Shown: positions 1-11,639 of the stretch, one piece after another | Position numbering within the stretch: the stretch's first letter is position 1 | Layout: the number at the start of each line of letters is the position of its first letter | Origin: Raja brachyura | Taxonomy: Eukaryota | Assembly: GCA_963514005.1 (NCBI GenBank) | Contig: OY740810.1 | Location: 20,088,001 to 20,152,000, forward strand | DNA: 64,000 nucleotides | Direction: 5' to 3' | Notes under the pieces: model-generated | What the model was told of the DNA's origin: nothing | What the model saw: only the letters and a program-made list of their open reading frames with translations | Databases searched by the model: none | Program-made: the position numbers and the translations under genes

Positions 1-809
1 CTAAAAGGGCACAAAAGGGTGTCAGTTAAAGAGAGCAGAGGAAGAGTGAAATATAAACCTCCTCTATTGTATTTGGAGCTCCTTATGTGACCTCCTTTAC
101 ATCAGTGAGACCAAGCATATAGTAAACAACCATTTCGCCAAATACTTGCACTCTGTCCACCAAGGTCTACTGGATCTCCCCGTTCCTGTCATTTTAACTC
201 CCCTTCCCTTTCCCATACTGATCTTTCAGACCAGATGGACAGGATTTATAGGCATGCTCAAAGCCGTTTCAGTAAAGCAACATCACCACTAACTCCAGGG
301 ACTCTATGGCTTTCGTTGTCTCTGTACTGTACACTGACAATGACAATTAAAATTGAATCTGAATCTGAATCTGAATCTGAATGAGCATTCAGGTCGAAAT
401 GGAGCATTCGGTTTTGAAAATTGTATTTGTTGAGGTCATGTGTCAGCAACACAGACAAACCCATATGTGATGGAGGGAGTGGACCAGCTCACAAACTACA
501 CACCCTCATACTGAAGGGTCTGTGATTCCACATTATTCTCATTGGCCAGTTCATGTCCAACAAAACTGGAATGGAAGGAAGTCACCCTCCGTCCCTAGAG
601 ATTGTCTAAGAAGATTCACACCACATTCACCCTCCTCTCATTCCTTCTCTACCCTACCATGTATGGAGGAATATTTAGTCCTTCATGAATTATAACTCAT
701 TGCCACAATATCACATGCTCTTTTTCAACTTCTTTTAAATGCTACACTCCTGTGTTCATTCCCTGCCAAACCATCTTAAACCTTTCCTCTTTCTCCGGCT
801 AAACTTCCC

Positions 810-1070
810 ATGATGTGGCTCCTTCTAGCACTTTGAGGAAGCATCCTGCAGGCCTTGGATGTGCCCATTCTGCAACTGGATCCTCCACTTCCTGACCCAT
901 AGACCACATTCAGTTAGGACGTTTGACAACTCCTGCTCCAAGATATTTCTCAACACTGGTGCCCTGCAAGGCATCGTTCTCAGACCCTTATTGTACTCCC
1001 AATACACTCACAACTGTGTGGCCAAATTCTGCTTTAACTTTGTTTACCGGTTTGCAGATTATACCATGGT
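810..1070 (+). mobile_element. Rex1/Babar LINE reverse transcriptase fragment
   Basis: CNWILHFLTHRPHSVR..LNTGALQG..PLLYSQYTHNC..FAD is a decayed version of the RT motifs (NTGxPQG, FADD). Confidence 0.75.
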
Positions 1071-3128
1071 ACCACAACAATCAGATGGAGTAAAGGAAGG
1101 GCAGAGGGAACAGGGTGCCACACAGGTGCACTGACCCATCTGCCACTTCTTTGTCTCTCTAGTAGTTTCCCGCTCCCCCACTGCCAGCACTCACTTTAGG
1201 TGGAGGATGACCGCCTCCTGAAACCTGCTGCACATGAAACATTCGGCCTTGGGATCAAGGTCCATTTGAGCATGGACTGTTGGTGTTGGAGCTCCAAACG
1301 CAGAGCTTGAGCTGATCTAGCTGGCATTACTTCCTGTATCTTAGCTTGTCCAGGAATCAGGAAGCATTGTATGTTCCCAGACCCCACTGTGCACCCATTT
1401 CGATGGCTTTGAGATTCCTTCCCATGCCTCTTTTTATTAGTCCTTCTCAATTAATAAAGAATTCAATCAAAACACTATGACTATTCAATAGACCATTGCC
1501 CAACTTCAACCAAACAAACTTATTTAATTCCGTGGGTCTTTGTTGAAGACAACTCTTGTGTAACTCACTGGGACCCTGTCTCCTGCTCTATGTTTACACA
1601 ACGTATTTCACTAGACCCTGTGACTTATCAAGCTTTAATTTTCCACATTCTTGGAATACGGATGCCACTGGCAAGGCCAGTTGTTGCCATTCCAGTGGTG
1701 CCTGGACACATTAATGGCTGAGACCGTTCTATTGGTGGCTGTAGATCTCTGACTGGGTTGCTTGGAAACTTCTGAGGCAGACAATGGGACTGGAAACATT
1801 CACAGGGAAGCATGGGAGGTTCCCTCCACAAAGAGTTAATGAGTCTTCTGGTGTTTCAGACCATCAACAATTCATTGTGACTGCGACCAATTTCCATCCT
1901 CACGCTTAGACTGCATTAGTAGGTTTAGGGATTCCTTAAATGATACAGCACTGAAACAGGTCCTTTGGCACACGTTGTCCATTCCAACCAGGATGCCAAT
2001 CTCAAATAATCCCATTTCCCGGCATTTGTAAACTATTCCTATCCATGCACTCTAAATGCTTGCTCCTCTATCAGCTCATTCCATATACCCACCCGCTTTG
2101 TGCGAAAACCCTGACCCTTATAGCATATCTTAATTTTCTCCTCTCACCTTCAAACGATGCCCTCTTATATTAGACTGTGACTATCTACCTTATCTATACC
2201 CCGCACACTGTATAAGCTTCTAGAAAGGCCACCTCCCGCCTTCCTTCACTCAAGGGACTAAAGTTCCAGCCTTTCCAATCTCTCCTTATAAATCAAACCC
2301 TCCAAACTAAGCTTGTGCATCTGATCTGAACTGCTTCTAGATCCAACTTATATTCTTTGAGCATGGCAACAGAAACTGAGCACAATATGCCAAGTGCAGC
2401 CTAAACATGAGCCCCTCGGTCCTGCAACACTGTCTGGGTCAAATTTATTTTTCCCATTCAATTTCCTACTTTCCCAGTTGATAAAGTTTGGTTGCAAACG
2501 TAGACAGTATTTTTCACATGTCCACTATACCCCAATTCTTGCGTCATATACAGATTTAGTAATCATACCATCTTCATTCTCATCCGAATCATGAATATAT
2601 GTGACAAGCAACATTGGCCCTAACACCAGTCCCTGTGGCACACCGCTGGTCACAGGCGAACTTGAGAAACAATGCTCTACTATTATCCTCTCTGTCTTAC
2701 CACCAAGCCAACGTTGCAACCTCAACTGTCGCGGTGGGTTTCAACTTATTAGTACGAAAAAACAAACTGACTGAGGAACTCCGAGTTTAAAGAATCATCT
2801 GTGGAGGAAATTGGACAGACCGCGTTTTGGGCCAAGATTGAAGTAGGGTCTCGACCGGACATCTCCAATCTCTTGTGCCTGAGGTCTGCACTGTCCCAAC
2901 GTGTTGTGTCTTGAGGTGTGAGAGGCATCTCTGGGCTGAGGGATGGAGTGTTGCAACCACCGACTCGGGGGAATGGTTGGAGAAGGTGGGGAATATCAGC
3001 AACAAACGACCTGCTCATTCTCGCATTGTGTTTAACAGACCGGTGACCATTGCCAGTGTCACCGCCTCAACCCGAACGTGTCTGATGGCGAATGGGAGGG
3101 TTTCAGATCCGCGCTCCGGTCGCTCAGT

Positions 3129-3171
3129 ATGACCCGCCCTGATTTCCTTCCTGTGTCAATGGCTCTATAAG
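3129..3171 (+). promoter_or_regulatory. Putative IgL V-segment promoter (TATA-like and ETS-like motifs, no canonical octamer seen)
   Basis: TATAAG at 3166-3171, about 85 bp upstream of the leader ATG. A TTCCTG (ETS-like) motif and a GC box CCCGCCC lie upstream. No exact ATTTGCAT seen nearby. Confidence 0.45.
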
Positions 3172-3253
3172 TGGGTTCCATCGGCAGCGGCGTCCACATT
3201 CTGTCACAGATACAGCGGCTGGAGTGAGGCAGGAAACTGAGAGCAGCAACACG

Positions 3254-3299
3254 ATGCAAACGCTGTGCTTCATTTCGTCTCTGGTACTGTGGCTGGGCT
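3254..3299 (+). CDS. Ig light chain leader exon (MQTLCFISSLVLWLG)
   Basis: ATG plus a hydrophobic 15-codon signal peptide ends at a phase-1 GTAAGT donor (3300). It splices in frame to the acceptor TTTACAG (3387) of the V exon. Confidence 0.9.
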
Positions 3300-3387
3300 G
3301 TAAGTACAGGTGGCAAGTGTGCGGGTGTGGTGTGGGCTCTTGGGGGTCATATTAAATAGTTAAAATTGAATTCCTTCTACTTTACAG

Positions 3388-3711
3388 CTGGAGAGTGTCA
3401 GACACTGACTCAACCTGCGAGCTTGTCGGTGAATCCAGGGGACACGGCCACGCTGGAATGCAACATCGGGACACATGATGGCCAATATGTGAATTGGTAC
3501 AAGCAGACGTTGGGAACCACTCCTCAATGGATCCTCTATTATCTTCGCGGACAGGCCGCCCCGACCTATGGGTCTGGGTTTAGCAGCGACCGTTTCACAT
3601 CGAAAAGCAACAGCGCCGGCACCGTTTACCAGTTGATCATAAGCAAGGCGGAGGTGAATGACGCTGCCGTCTATTACTGTGGCAAATGGGTTTCCGCGAG
3701 CAGTACTTACG
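3388..3711 (+). CDS. Ig light chain V segment, sigma-type (unrearranged)
   Basis: QTLTQPASLSVNPG..LEC..WYKQ..YYC V-set framework. The long CDR2 followed by PTYGSGFSSDRFTS is typical of IgL sigma. The segment ends at an RSS heptamer. Confidence 0.93.
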
Positions 3712-3739
3712 CACAGTGAGAGAAGGTAAAACAAAAACT
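3712..3739 (+). promoter_or_regulatory. V recombination signal sequence, 12-bp spacer
   Basis: CACAGTG (3712-3718) + 12 bp + ACAAAAACT (3731-3739). Confidence 0.95.
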
Positions 3740-4056
3740 GGAGGCAGCAAACATGATGCATTTTACATCTTTGAATCGATGAAAACATTCTAATCTTTCA
3801 TTCTTCACAAAGTCGCTTTAATTTTACCCTTTATATAGTATATTCAAATTTTAATAACTCATTTTTTTTTGAAATTTTAAAGTCCCGCTGCCCACTGCCG
3901 GAATTCGTTGCAGTTTAATGTCAAGCCCGGCGATGCGGCTGTGAGTTCATCCCTTCCCGCCCCACACCGGCGGGAACACTCGGGATGTGTGAAGTCGACT
4001 TTCATGCGGAAACTGGAGCGTCTGACCGTGTTTTATGTCTGATTCCAGTGGCCCGG

Positions 4057-4094
4057 GATAACTGTCAGGGCTGAAGCCGGAATCACACACTGTG
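4057..4094 (-). promoter_or_regulatory. J recombination signal sequence (22/23-bp spacer, degenerate nonamer)
   Basis: A perfect heptamer CACTGTG (4088-4094) abuts J. The best nonamer is ACAGTTATC (bottom strand, 22-bp spacer), 5/9 to ACAAAAACC. Confidence 0.7.
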
Positions 4095-4131
4095 GTGGTG
4101 TTCGGCGCAGGGACCAAGCTCTTTGTTACAG
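4095..4131 (+). CDS. Ig light chain J segment (VVFGAGTKLFVT)
   Basis: FGxGT motif, preceded by an RSS heptamer and followed by a phase-1 GTAAGT donor at 4132. Confidence 0.95.
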
Positions 4132-4195
4132 GTAAGTGTCTGGGAAACCTTCCCGCAATTACTAACGGCGAGAATACGGCCAGTTGGCAACTAAT

Positions 4196-4545
4196 ACTTT
4201 AACCTTTATTATTATCTGGCTAATTTTATCGAAAAAAAATATTTTGTAATCCATTTGAGTTCTGTGTCCAGCACCAGTTTAAGTAAATATAGTTATGTTC
4301 AGTGAATTGTTACTGTATTTTAATGACCACATTCTCTATTTCGTGATGCTTATTTGATATTTCAAATAGGTACACTTTAACCTTCGTTTCCTGGCTAATT
4401 TCACAGAGAAGATGTTGATTTTTCAATTCATTTGAGTTCCGTGCCCAGCGCCAATTCAACTAAATGTCGTTGTGTTTAGCTATTTTTGTCACTGTCTTTT
4501 AATGACCACACGTGAAACTTGTTTGATTCAAAAAGGTGCACTCTC
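4196..4545 (+). repeat. Diverged ~175-bp tandem duplication in the J-C intron
   Basis: Two units share CTTTAACCTT..CTGGCTAATTT..CATTTGAGTTC..TTTAATGACCACA in the same order. Confidence 0.75.
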
Positions 4546-4563
4546 GGTTAATCAGTTCTCTTT

Positions 4564-4750
4564 TTTTGAAACAAAAAAAAATTTAATCAATTATTTACAA
4601 TGACGTTTACAGTACGAAATAAATCAAAACAAAACCCACCGCCATAATACAAGACGAACAAATATACTAAATAAACTACTATACAACTATATAACAATCC
4701 TCATTGAGGATGACTTCCACCCCACGCAGAGCCCAACATTGCCGGAAATC
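4564..4750 (-). mobile_element. 5'-truncated non-LTR retrotransposon 3' end (L1/Tx1-like) in the J-C intron
   Basis: T-rich tail on the + strand, flanked by a 14-bp target-site duplication AATCAGTTCTCTTT (4550-4563) / AATCAGTTATCTTT (4751-4764). Family assignment is tentative. Confidence 0.55.
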
Positions 4751-5633
4751 AATCAGTTATCTTTGTGAACAGTTGCTCAGTCTCTGCATGTGCTTGTGAA
4801 AATTGTGTTTCTGAGACTAACTTCATCTCTGAGTTGGCGCGGTGTTACTCCAGTTAGTTCGTCCGTTTTTATGCCGGTTTGATCCAAGTGAACGCGAGTG
4901 GTCCCAGCTTCCTAAAGTGGGGTCCGCTTTCACAGTGGGGACAGGACATTGGCGGCTGTAGACAGCCCGGGGTTGGTGAGGCAGTGGAACTATAAGTTTC
5001 ACGTTCTTGTATGAGGATCCCACAGCGGAATCTCCCCCGGAATTTCACGGAAACTCCAATCCTCCCGGTGACGACGGAACTCTCCTGCACGCACCCGCCC
5101 AATAAAAGACCCCTCTCCAGACCCCCCAGTCCTTGCCTCCTCTCCCCTGCCATCTATCCCCTTGACCGCCGCTCCTTTGCGGGAACCGCTGCTCCGCGAA
5201 CTAGGACAAAATCTCCGCGCACCCCACCTCCCCTCCATCAAAAGCCGGATAATCAGCTCCACAGTTCGCAACGATATATCACTTCAGGGATCTCACCGCC
5301 CCTCGCCAACAATCAGAACCACCCCGTGTGCTGGTCTTTTCTTGCTTCCAGTTCCTTCCCCCATACATTCAGCGTAAAGAAGGGCCCCAACCTGAAACTC
5401 CTCCTGTTCTAGCATTTTGTGTCCATCTTTCCTAGAACAGAAACGTTGCCTCACATCTCTAGTTCCCCAGTGTTGATCCATGCGGCGACCTCCATGGGCA
5501 CCGCTCCGTCCCTCAGTGAGACTCGGGGCCCCACTAAAGGAGGCTGCAACCTCTCACTCGCGCTTCTGTCAAACGCTGAGATGACCGAGCTCTTCCGTCA
5601 CCTGAAACTTATCTTCTCTTGTTCCCATTGCAG

Positions 5634-5956
5634 CTTCCAATCTCCCAGACCCTTCAGTGAAACTGCTGGGGCCGTCAGACGAGGACATATCCGCTAAAGG
5701 AGCGGGCACCTTGGTCTGTCTGGTCAGTAAACTGTCCGCGGGCTTCCCCGCCGTCAGCTGGACAGTGGACGGGAGTCCGACGAGCAGTGAGGTGCAAACC
5801 AGCGTGGCGAGGCGGGACACGGACAACACCTTCAGTCTCAGCAGCTACCTGTCGGTGGGCAGCGCAGACTGGAGCAGTGGGAAGTCGTACTCCTGCACAG
5901 TTCAACAAGGAGCAGCCTCGAAAATATCCGCCACACTCTCACAATCCAGCTGTTAA
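5634..5956 (+). CDS. Ig light chain constant exon (sigma-like C1 domain)
   Basis: Acceptor TTGCAG (5633), in phase with J. Sequence PSVKLLGPS..TLVCLVSKLS..VSW..TFSLSSYL..W..YSC, with a terminal Cys for the H-L disulfide, then TAA. Confidence 0.95.
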
Positions 5957-6240
5957 AGTGAGCGCGGCTCCGGGCGTGTTTGCTCTTTGATTACCGGGAG
6001 ATCTGCCTCTCATCTTCCTCCCCACTGTGTGCGCCCGCTGTACCCTGTATTCGCTGCTTCCGATCCGCTTTCTCCAGTTTCCACTGTGCTATAGAAACAC
6101 TTGTACTCGAGTTGATTGCTGTTCTGTTTCTCCCACCTCTAGGCGACACGGGTTAAAGTGGTCAATAACTTGGCTTCATCTGCAATTTCAGCATGAATTG
6201 TTTTCTCTGGCAACAGACATGGATCTGATTAATACAAAAT

Positions 6241-6246
6241 AATAAA
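6241..6246 (+). terminator. IgL polyadenylation signal
   Basis: AATAAA about 285 bp after the C stop, followed by GT-rich sequence. A second AATAAA lies at 6305-6310. Confidence 0.6.
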
Positions 6247-9200
6247 TGTGTTTGTAATGTTTCATCAGTATCAGGCCGACGGTCTGCAACGACGACAAAC
6301 TACTAATAAAGATGATTAGTATTGGAATTATTTCCCTGTGTGTGTTGTTAACTTGGAAGCTCTTCCTATTCTGACACCGGTGGGAGGAGGGAGGAGACTC
6401 GTCTCTCTGCTCCGGTTTGTGTCCTGGTTCCGTGAAGTGAGAGGAAAGCCTTGGACATAGGATATCAGGGAAGACCGGGTGGAAGTTGCTGGGATACTCT
6501 AAAGAATGACAAGTGAAGGGTTGATAGTGATAATAAAATTACAATAAAACATTTGGTATTTGGGTAGGATAATAAAAGAGGTAAATATAACGACGGTTGG
6601 GAGTATTGGGGTGGTCAAACGGGATCAGCAGAGAGCGTTTAAGTAGAGGTTACATTGCGGGCCATTGAACAGAACAGACTACTTCTGACACAAACTGGGG
6701 CTGGTTATCTGAAACGGGAGAGTTCTAGACTGGGTCGAAGCGTTGAAACCCGAATTTGTGTTGCGTGCTGATGACCGGGTACAGGAGTCTAGCGACAGAG
6801 TGGCCGGAGAGGGGAGGAGAAATTAGTGAGTGGCTCGCTGGGGGGTCGCAGCTGGTTGCCAGTTGTCGAGGCTGTAGCGTCTGGTGTGTGCTGGTGGGTG
6901 ACAGGGCGTGGGCGGGGATTGGTTTCTCATCAGTTCATCAACACTTCTCAGGTGCAGAATTCTCACCCTCCCTAACTTCTCCCCCTCCCCACCCGCCAGA
7001 TCCCACCGGTACCTCAACCTCCCCTCCCCAACCACATTGCACATCCGTGGACGGAGTTAACTCTAGGAATTCAAAGTTTCAAAGGTATTGTAATGTCACA
7101 TGTACCAATTAAGGTACAGTGATATTCGTATTACCATACAGCCGTACTAAAAGCAACAATACACACAACTACATAAAAATGAACATAACATCCACCACAG
7201 CGGATTCCCCACATTCCTCACGGTGATGGAAGGCAATAAAGTCTAATCTTCTTCCCTTATTTTTCTTCCGCGGATGTGTTAAAACATATATTTTACACAT
7301 CCCAAGGAAACAACAAAGAAGGAAGGATCAGCCAGGCTATTGACGAGGCAGCCATTGATGGCGCCACCTAGTGGAATTCAAACAATGGCTGAAATCTCTC
7401 TGTTGTTGGAGGTGGGGGAAGGAAAGGAAAGTGGGAAAGGGAGACGGTGAGGCGAGTAAGAGCAAGAGACCGGTAGAGTAAGGGCACAGGTGGATAGAAT
7501 GAAGAAGGGAATGGATGGTAATGAGGAAGGTTTACTGACGGAGGGAGAGGATCGAAGAATATTCACCCCTGGCACAGTCAGAAAGTTTTATCCCAATTTT
7601 AATACCCCTCTCCCCCTCTCCCATTTCTCACAACCACCCCCATTCCTCCTTTTCCTCATTTCCTTCAGTGTTTATAAGTCAGGTGCCACCCATTTAAGAT
7701 AGAGGAGAGATGAAATTTGTTTTTTTTCTCGGAGGGTCGCATGCTTTTGAAATTCCCTTCCTGAAAAGGCGGTTTAGCGGAGTAATATATTTAATTCAGA
7801 GGTGAATAGCAACTCCATTCTACCTTTGGGAATTGTCTCGCTCCATGTCTAGTTGTTCTGTGAAACTTTCCTTATCCCTCCCTCTGAGTCAGGTCCCTCG
7901 GTGCGCGTCTCGAACCAGGGCAATGTGAGGTTGCATCGCACACTATCAGCATTTTGTGATTAGTTTAGTGCTACGAGTCATTCAAGTAGCCCTTAAGGAA
8001 ATGTTAAAATTCAATAAAGATCATACAAAGGGAGCACATTATATGGCATGTGTGTAACCATGGGGTGCGTTGAACATTATGGATCATTTATGCAGTTATG
8101 CATTTTCCAACACCAAGCAACATGCTGCAAGCGCACACACAAAACAGCTGAAGAATAATTGTTCTAAATAGTTACTTCCTGGGTATTGATTGAATTTTGA
8201 CCAAAATCTCTCAATGGAGGAAATGTATCCTTGAGATTGAGGACAGGAAGCGTGCTGGTCTTTCCCATGGGCATCTTGTTTCGGTCGAGCCCTTCAACTT
8301 TGTATTTGGCTGGAGTGTGGTTCCAAAGCCCATTGATCCAGGAAACAATGCTTGGTCTCACGACGGTTGCCCATGGAAGAAAGAGGACGGTGTGAAATGG
8401 GGAGAGAAGATCGGACAAAGCACGTGTCGATGCCAGGGTTGGAGTCATAGTCATAGAATGATACATTGGTTGTTGATTCTCACGCTACCCTGCCCTCTGG
8501 CGCCCATCCCACCGTCAGTTCCACTCCCAACCATGCCCGCCGTTCTATCCGTTGGGCTGTGACTCTCTCCTCAGCTTGTCTCCCCACACCTTCTCCTTTC
8601 TCCCCTCTCCCCATCAACTCCGAAATGAAAGATAGCAATTCATTTGAAACGCGGGATTTCATTGGGTATGTACCGAACGCCCAGTTCATCGATGTACCGG
8701 GAAGAAATGTTCTTCCAGGTGCAGTGGTGGGCTCTGCGCCGGACATCAGAGGTGGTGGGGAGCAGGGGAAGGACCACGATTAACACTATAAGTAATCAAG
8801 TGCCACTCACCCCTGTCACCAGCACACACCGAAGGCTGCAGCCATATCTTCAGCAGCGGGCAGCTCCGATACGTGAAGAAGAGATAAACATTCTTGTGAA
8901 CTCACCCCCGTATCATCAACCTGGCGATGATAATTCTCAGGAGACACAGCTCTAGCAAACAGGTCCACCTAACCAACGTCATTATTATTTTGCAACACGA
9001 GGGGTGATGTAAATACCAGCCACTCCAGCGGGGAATCTACCATTCGACTATCATCATCCTTCCACCAGACTCGCCGCTCCCAGTTTACTTCGTTAATACT
9101 GACCACATTCCAATTCACACATGTTTCCGTTCGTGCAAAAGCTGAAAAAATGCCTCTTTTGTCCAGAACAACGCCATTCAGTCATAGTCATAGAGTCATA

Positions 9201-9439
9201 GTGATACAGCGTGGAAACAGGCCCTTCGGCTCAACTCGCCCACACTGACCAACAATGTCCCAGCTACACTAGTCCCACTTGCCTGCGCTTGGTCCGTATC
9301 CCTTCAAACCTGTCCTAACCATGTACCTGTCTAACTGTTTCTTAAACGATGGGATAGTCCCAGAGAGGAGGGGAGGGGAGCCGGGAGCAGGGGGGGGGGG
9401 GGGCAACGTGGAGTGAGCAGCGAGGAGCGGCATCACAGC

Positions 9440-9640
9440 GCGCAGTGGCTCAGCGATAGAGATGCCACCTCACAGCGCCAAAGACCCGGGTTCGATCCTG
9501 ATTACGGGTGCTGTCTGTGTGGAGTTTGTACGTTGTCCCTGACACTCCAAAGACTTGTAGGTTAATTGTCCTCGGTAAGTTGTAGGATAGTGTGTAGGAT
9601 AGTGTTAGTGCATGGGGTGATCGCTGTCTAAAGTCTTAAA
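9440..9640 (+). mobile_element. tRNA-derived SINE
   Basis: A-box (GTGGCTCAGCG) and B-box (GGTTCGATCC) followed by a TGCTGTCTGTGTGGAGTTTG core. Related copies at about 26630, 38415 and 44578. Confidence 0.75.
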
Positions 9641-10039
9641 ACCCCCAAAGTCCTTTGTGTAATCAAGACGGTTCGTAGTTCTTAGTTTAGTTAGTGTTCG
9701 TAGTGTTCAAGAGGTTGAAGGCTGTTGGGTAGGAGCTGAAGAAAGGTCTCGACCGAAAACGCCACCCATCCCTTCTCTCCAGAGATGCTGCCTGTCCCGC
9801 TGAGTTACTCCAGCATTTTGTGTCTACCTTCAAGTTAAGAAAAAACCCAGCATCTGCAGTTCTTTCCTACAGAGCTTATTTAGTTTAGTTTACAGATACA
9901 ATGTGGAATCAGGCCCTTCAGCCCACCAAGTCCGCGCCGACCAGCGACCCCTGCACATTACCACTATCCCGCACACTAGAGACAATTTATAATTATACCA
10001 ATCCAAGTTACCTACGTCTTTGGGGCGTGGGGGGAAACT

Positions 10040-10352
10040 GGGGAGAAAGAGGTGAGAGGCGGGGGGGGGGGGGGGGGAGAGGGGAGAGAGGGGGAGAGAG
10101 GGGGGAGGAGTGGATGAGAGAGGAGAGGGACAGAGAGGAGGGGGGAAAGAGGAGGGGGGGAGAGAGCAGGGGAGAGAGAGGAGGGGGAGAGAGGAGGAGG
10201 GGGGAGGGGAGAGGGAAAGAGAGGAGGTGGAGAGGGAAAGAGAGGATGGGGGAAGAACAGATGGGGGAGAGGATGGGGAGGAGGAGGGGGAGAGGATGAG
10301 GAGGGAGGGGAGGAGGGGAGGGGAGCCAGGAGCGGGGGGGGGGGGGGGGGGG
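10040..10352 (+). repeat. Polypurine (G/A) low-complexity tract
   Basis: About 310 bp almost entirely G/A. The overlapping ORFs are low-complexity artefacts. Confidence 0.9.
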
Positions 10353-10429
10353 GAGCAACGTGGAGTGAGCAGCGGGGAGCGGCCTCACTCGCAGCGCGAG
10401 CAAGACGACGCAGACCCATCGTGACGTTT

Positions 10430-10665
10430 CAGCGAAAGAGTCATTTCAAAGTTTATTTCAAAGTTTTGTTGGAATCTTGAACATTTTCATTAATAACTCG
10501 AGAAATAAAGCATGAAATTTTCAGATAAAGCGATTCCGGACTCCACGGAAAATATCTCTATCACAATATGTAAGAAATGTTATCATTACCGCATCGTGTT
10601 TTTGAGAAGATGTGATTATACACACACACACACACATCCAAGATCAGAGTTTATAAGTATAGAGA
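10430..10665 (-). mobile_element. Helitron-like 5' end fragment
   Basis: The minus strand begins A|TCTCTATACTTATAAACTCTGATCTTG, similar to the 5' end TCTATATTACTAAAAGTCTGATC of the two complete Helitrons. No 3' CTAG/hairpin end found. Confidence 0.55.
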
Positions 10666-10729
10666 TGATTTTATTTATTTTTTATATTATTAAATCAAAA
10701 CCAAGAATTATAAATTCACATTTCAAAAG

Positions 10730-11220
10730 GAAGAAGGATCAACAGGGAAGAAGGATCTCCTGTGGCGTTCTGTGCTACATCTTGGTGGAACCAGTCTGTT
10801 GCTGAAGATGCTCCTCAGGTTGGCCAGTGTGTTAGAGACGGGGGTGAGCTGTATTGTCCAAGATGCTGCACAGTTTGAGGAGCATCCTCCCCTCCAAGAC
10901 CGCCTCCCATGAATCCAACCACCCCCAGGATGGTGCCAGCCTTCCTGATGAGTGTCCGTGGCCTTCGCCCTGTGGCCTTCACCCTACAAAGTACAGCCGG
11001 CTCTGTTCCTTCCTGTACAGAGCCTCAGTGTTCCTGGACCAGTCCAGTTTATTGTCCAGGTACACTCCTGTCCAGGTATTTGTACTTCTTGGTAAACTGC
11101 ACATCCACACTATTGATGGAGACAGGGGACAAGGGTGTTCCTTTCCTCCTAAAGTCCACCACTAACTCCTTAGTCTTGTCAATGTTGAGCTGCAGGTGAT
11201 TGAGCTCACACCACTCAACA
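10730..11220 (-). mobile_element. Rex1/Babar-like LINE ORF2 fragment
   Basis: The minus strand reads LQLNIDKTKELVVDFRR..YKY..G..LD.KLDW, a post-RT region typical of this clade. Confidence 0.65.
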
Positions 11221-11639
11221 CTTACCTTGTGTGCCTCTTCTTTATTACCCCAATATCTCCCTTGGCGACCTGTGTTTCAACTCACTGGCATTCTAACTGA
11301 CCTTTTCCCCACCACTGACTGCCATGCCGTCAGCCATCCAAATCCTGGGATTCTTTGAAATTCTCTCCCCAAAATCTCCCCTCAACATCCATCTCCATCT
11401 GTATCTTTTTAGAATCCTTTTCTTTGATCCTCCAAAATCTCTTTGGGTGCCTTGGTGTCCACTTAGACTGATTACATTTCCAACTGATGCACTCCACGAG
11501 GTAAGTCTTGCATCTGGTTTTATTGTGTAACAGTCTGGTTTCAGGCTCCTGATTTTCTTCTTCTGGAGGAAATTATTTTAGAGGCAGATTTTAAAATAAC
11601 CTTTGGTTGCGAAGACATCTTTGGGGAGGGGGGGGGGGG

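Noticed and set aside
3740-4056. D segment or germline-joined VJ
   Set aside because: No RSS-flanked segment lies between V and J, and V and J are clearly split.
4931-6088. Extra RSS heptamers (CACAGTG at 4931; CACTGTG at 6023 and 6082) as a kappa-deleting-element-like system
   Set aside because: No nonamer at 12 or 23 bp for any of them; isolated heptamers are expected by chance.
7860-9175. Several 90-120 aa ORFs and splice-like sites in apparently unique sequence
   Set aside because: No recognisable domain or consistent exon chain could be assembled.
9901-10424. Gly/Arg/Glu- and Pro-rich ORFs
   Set aside because: Translations of a polypurine low-complexity tract.
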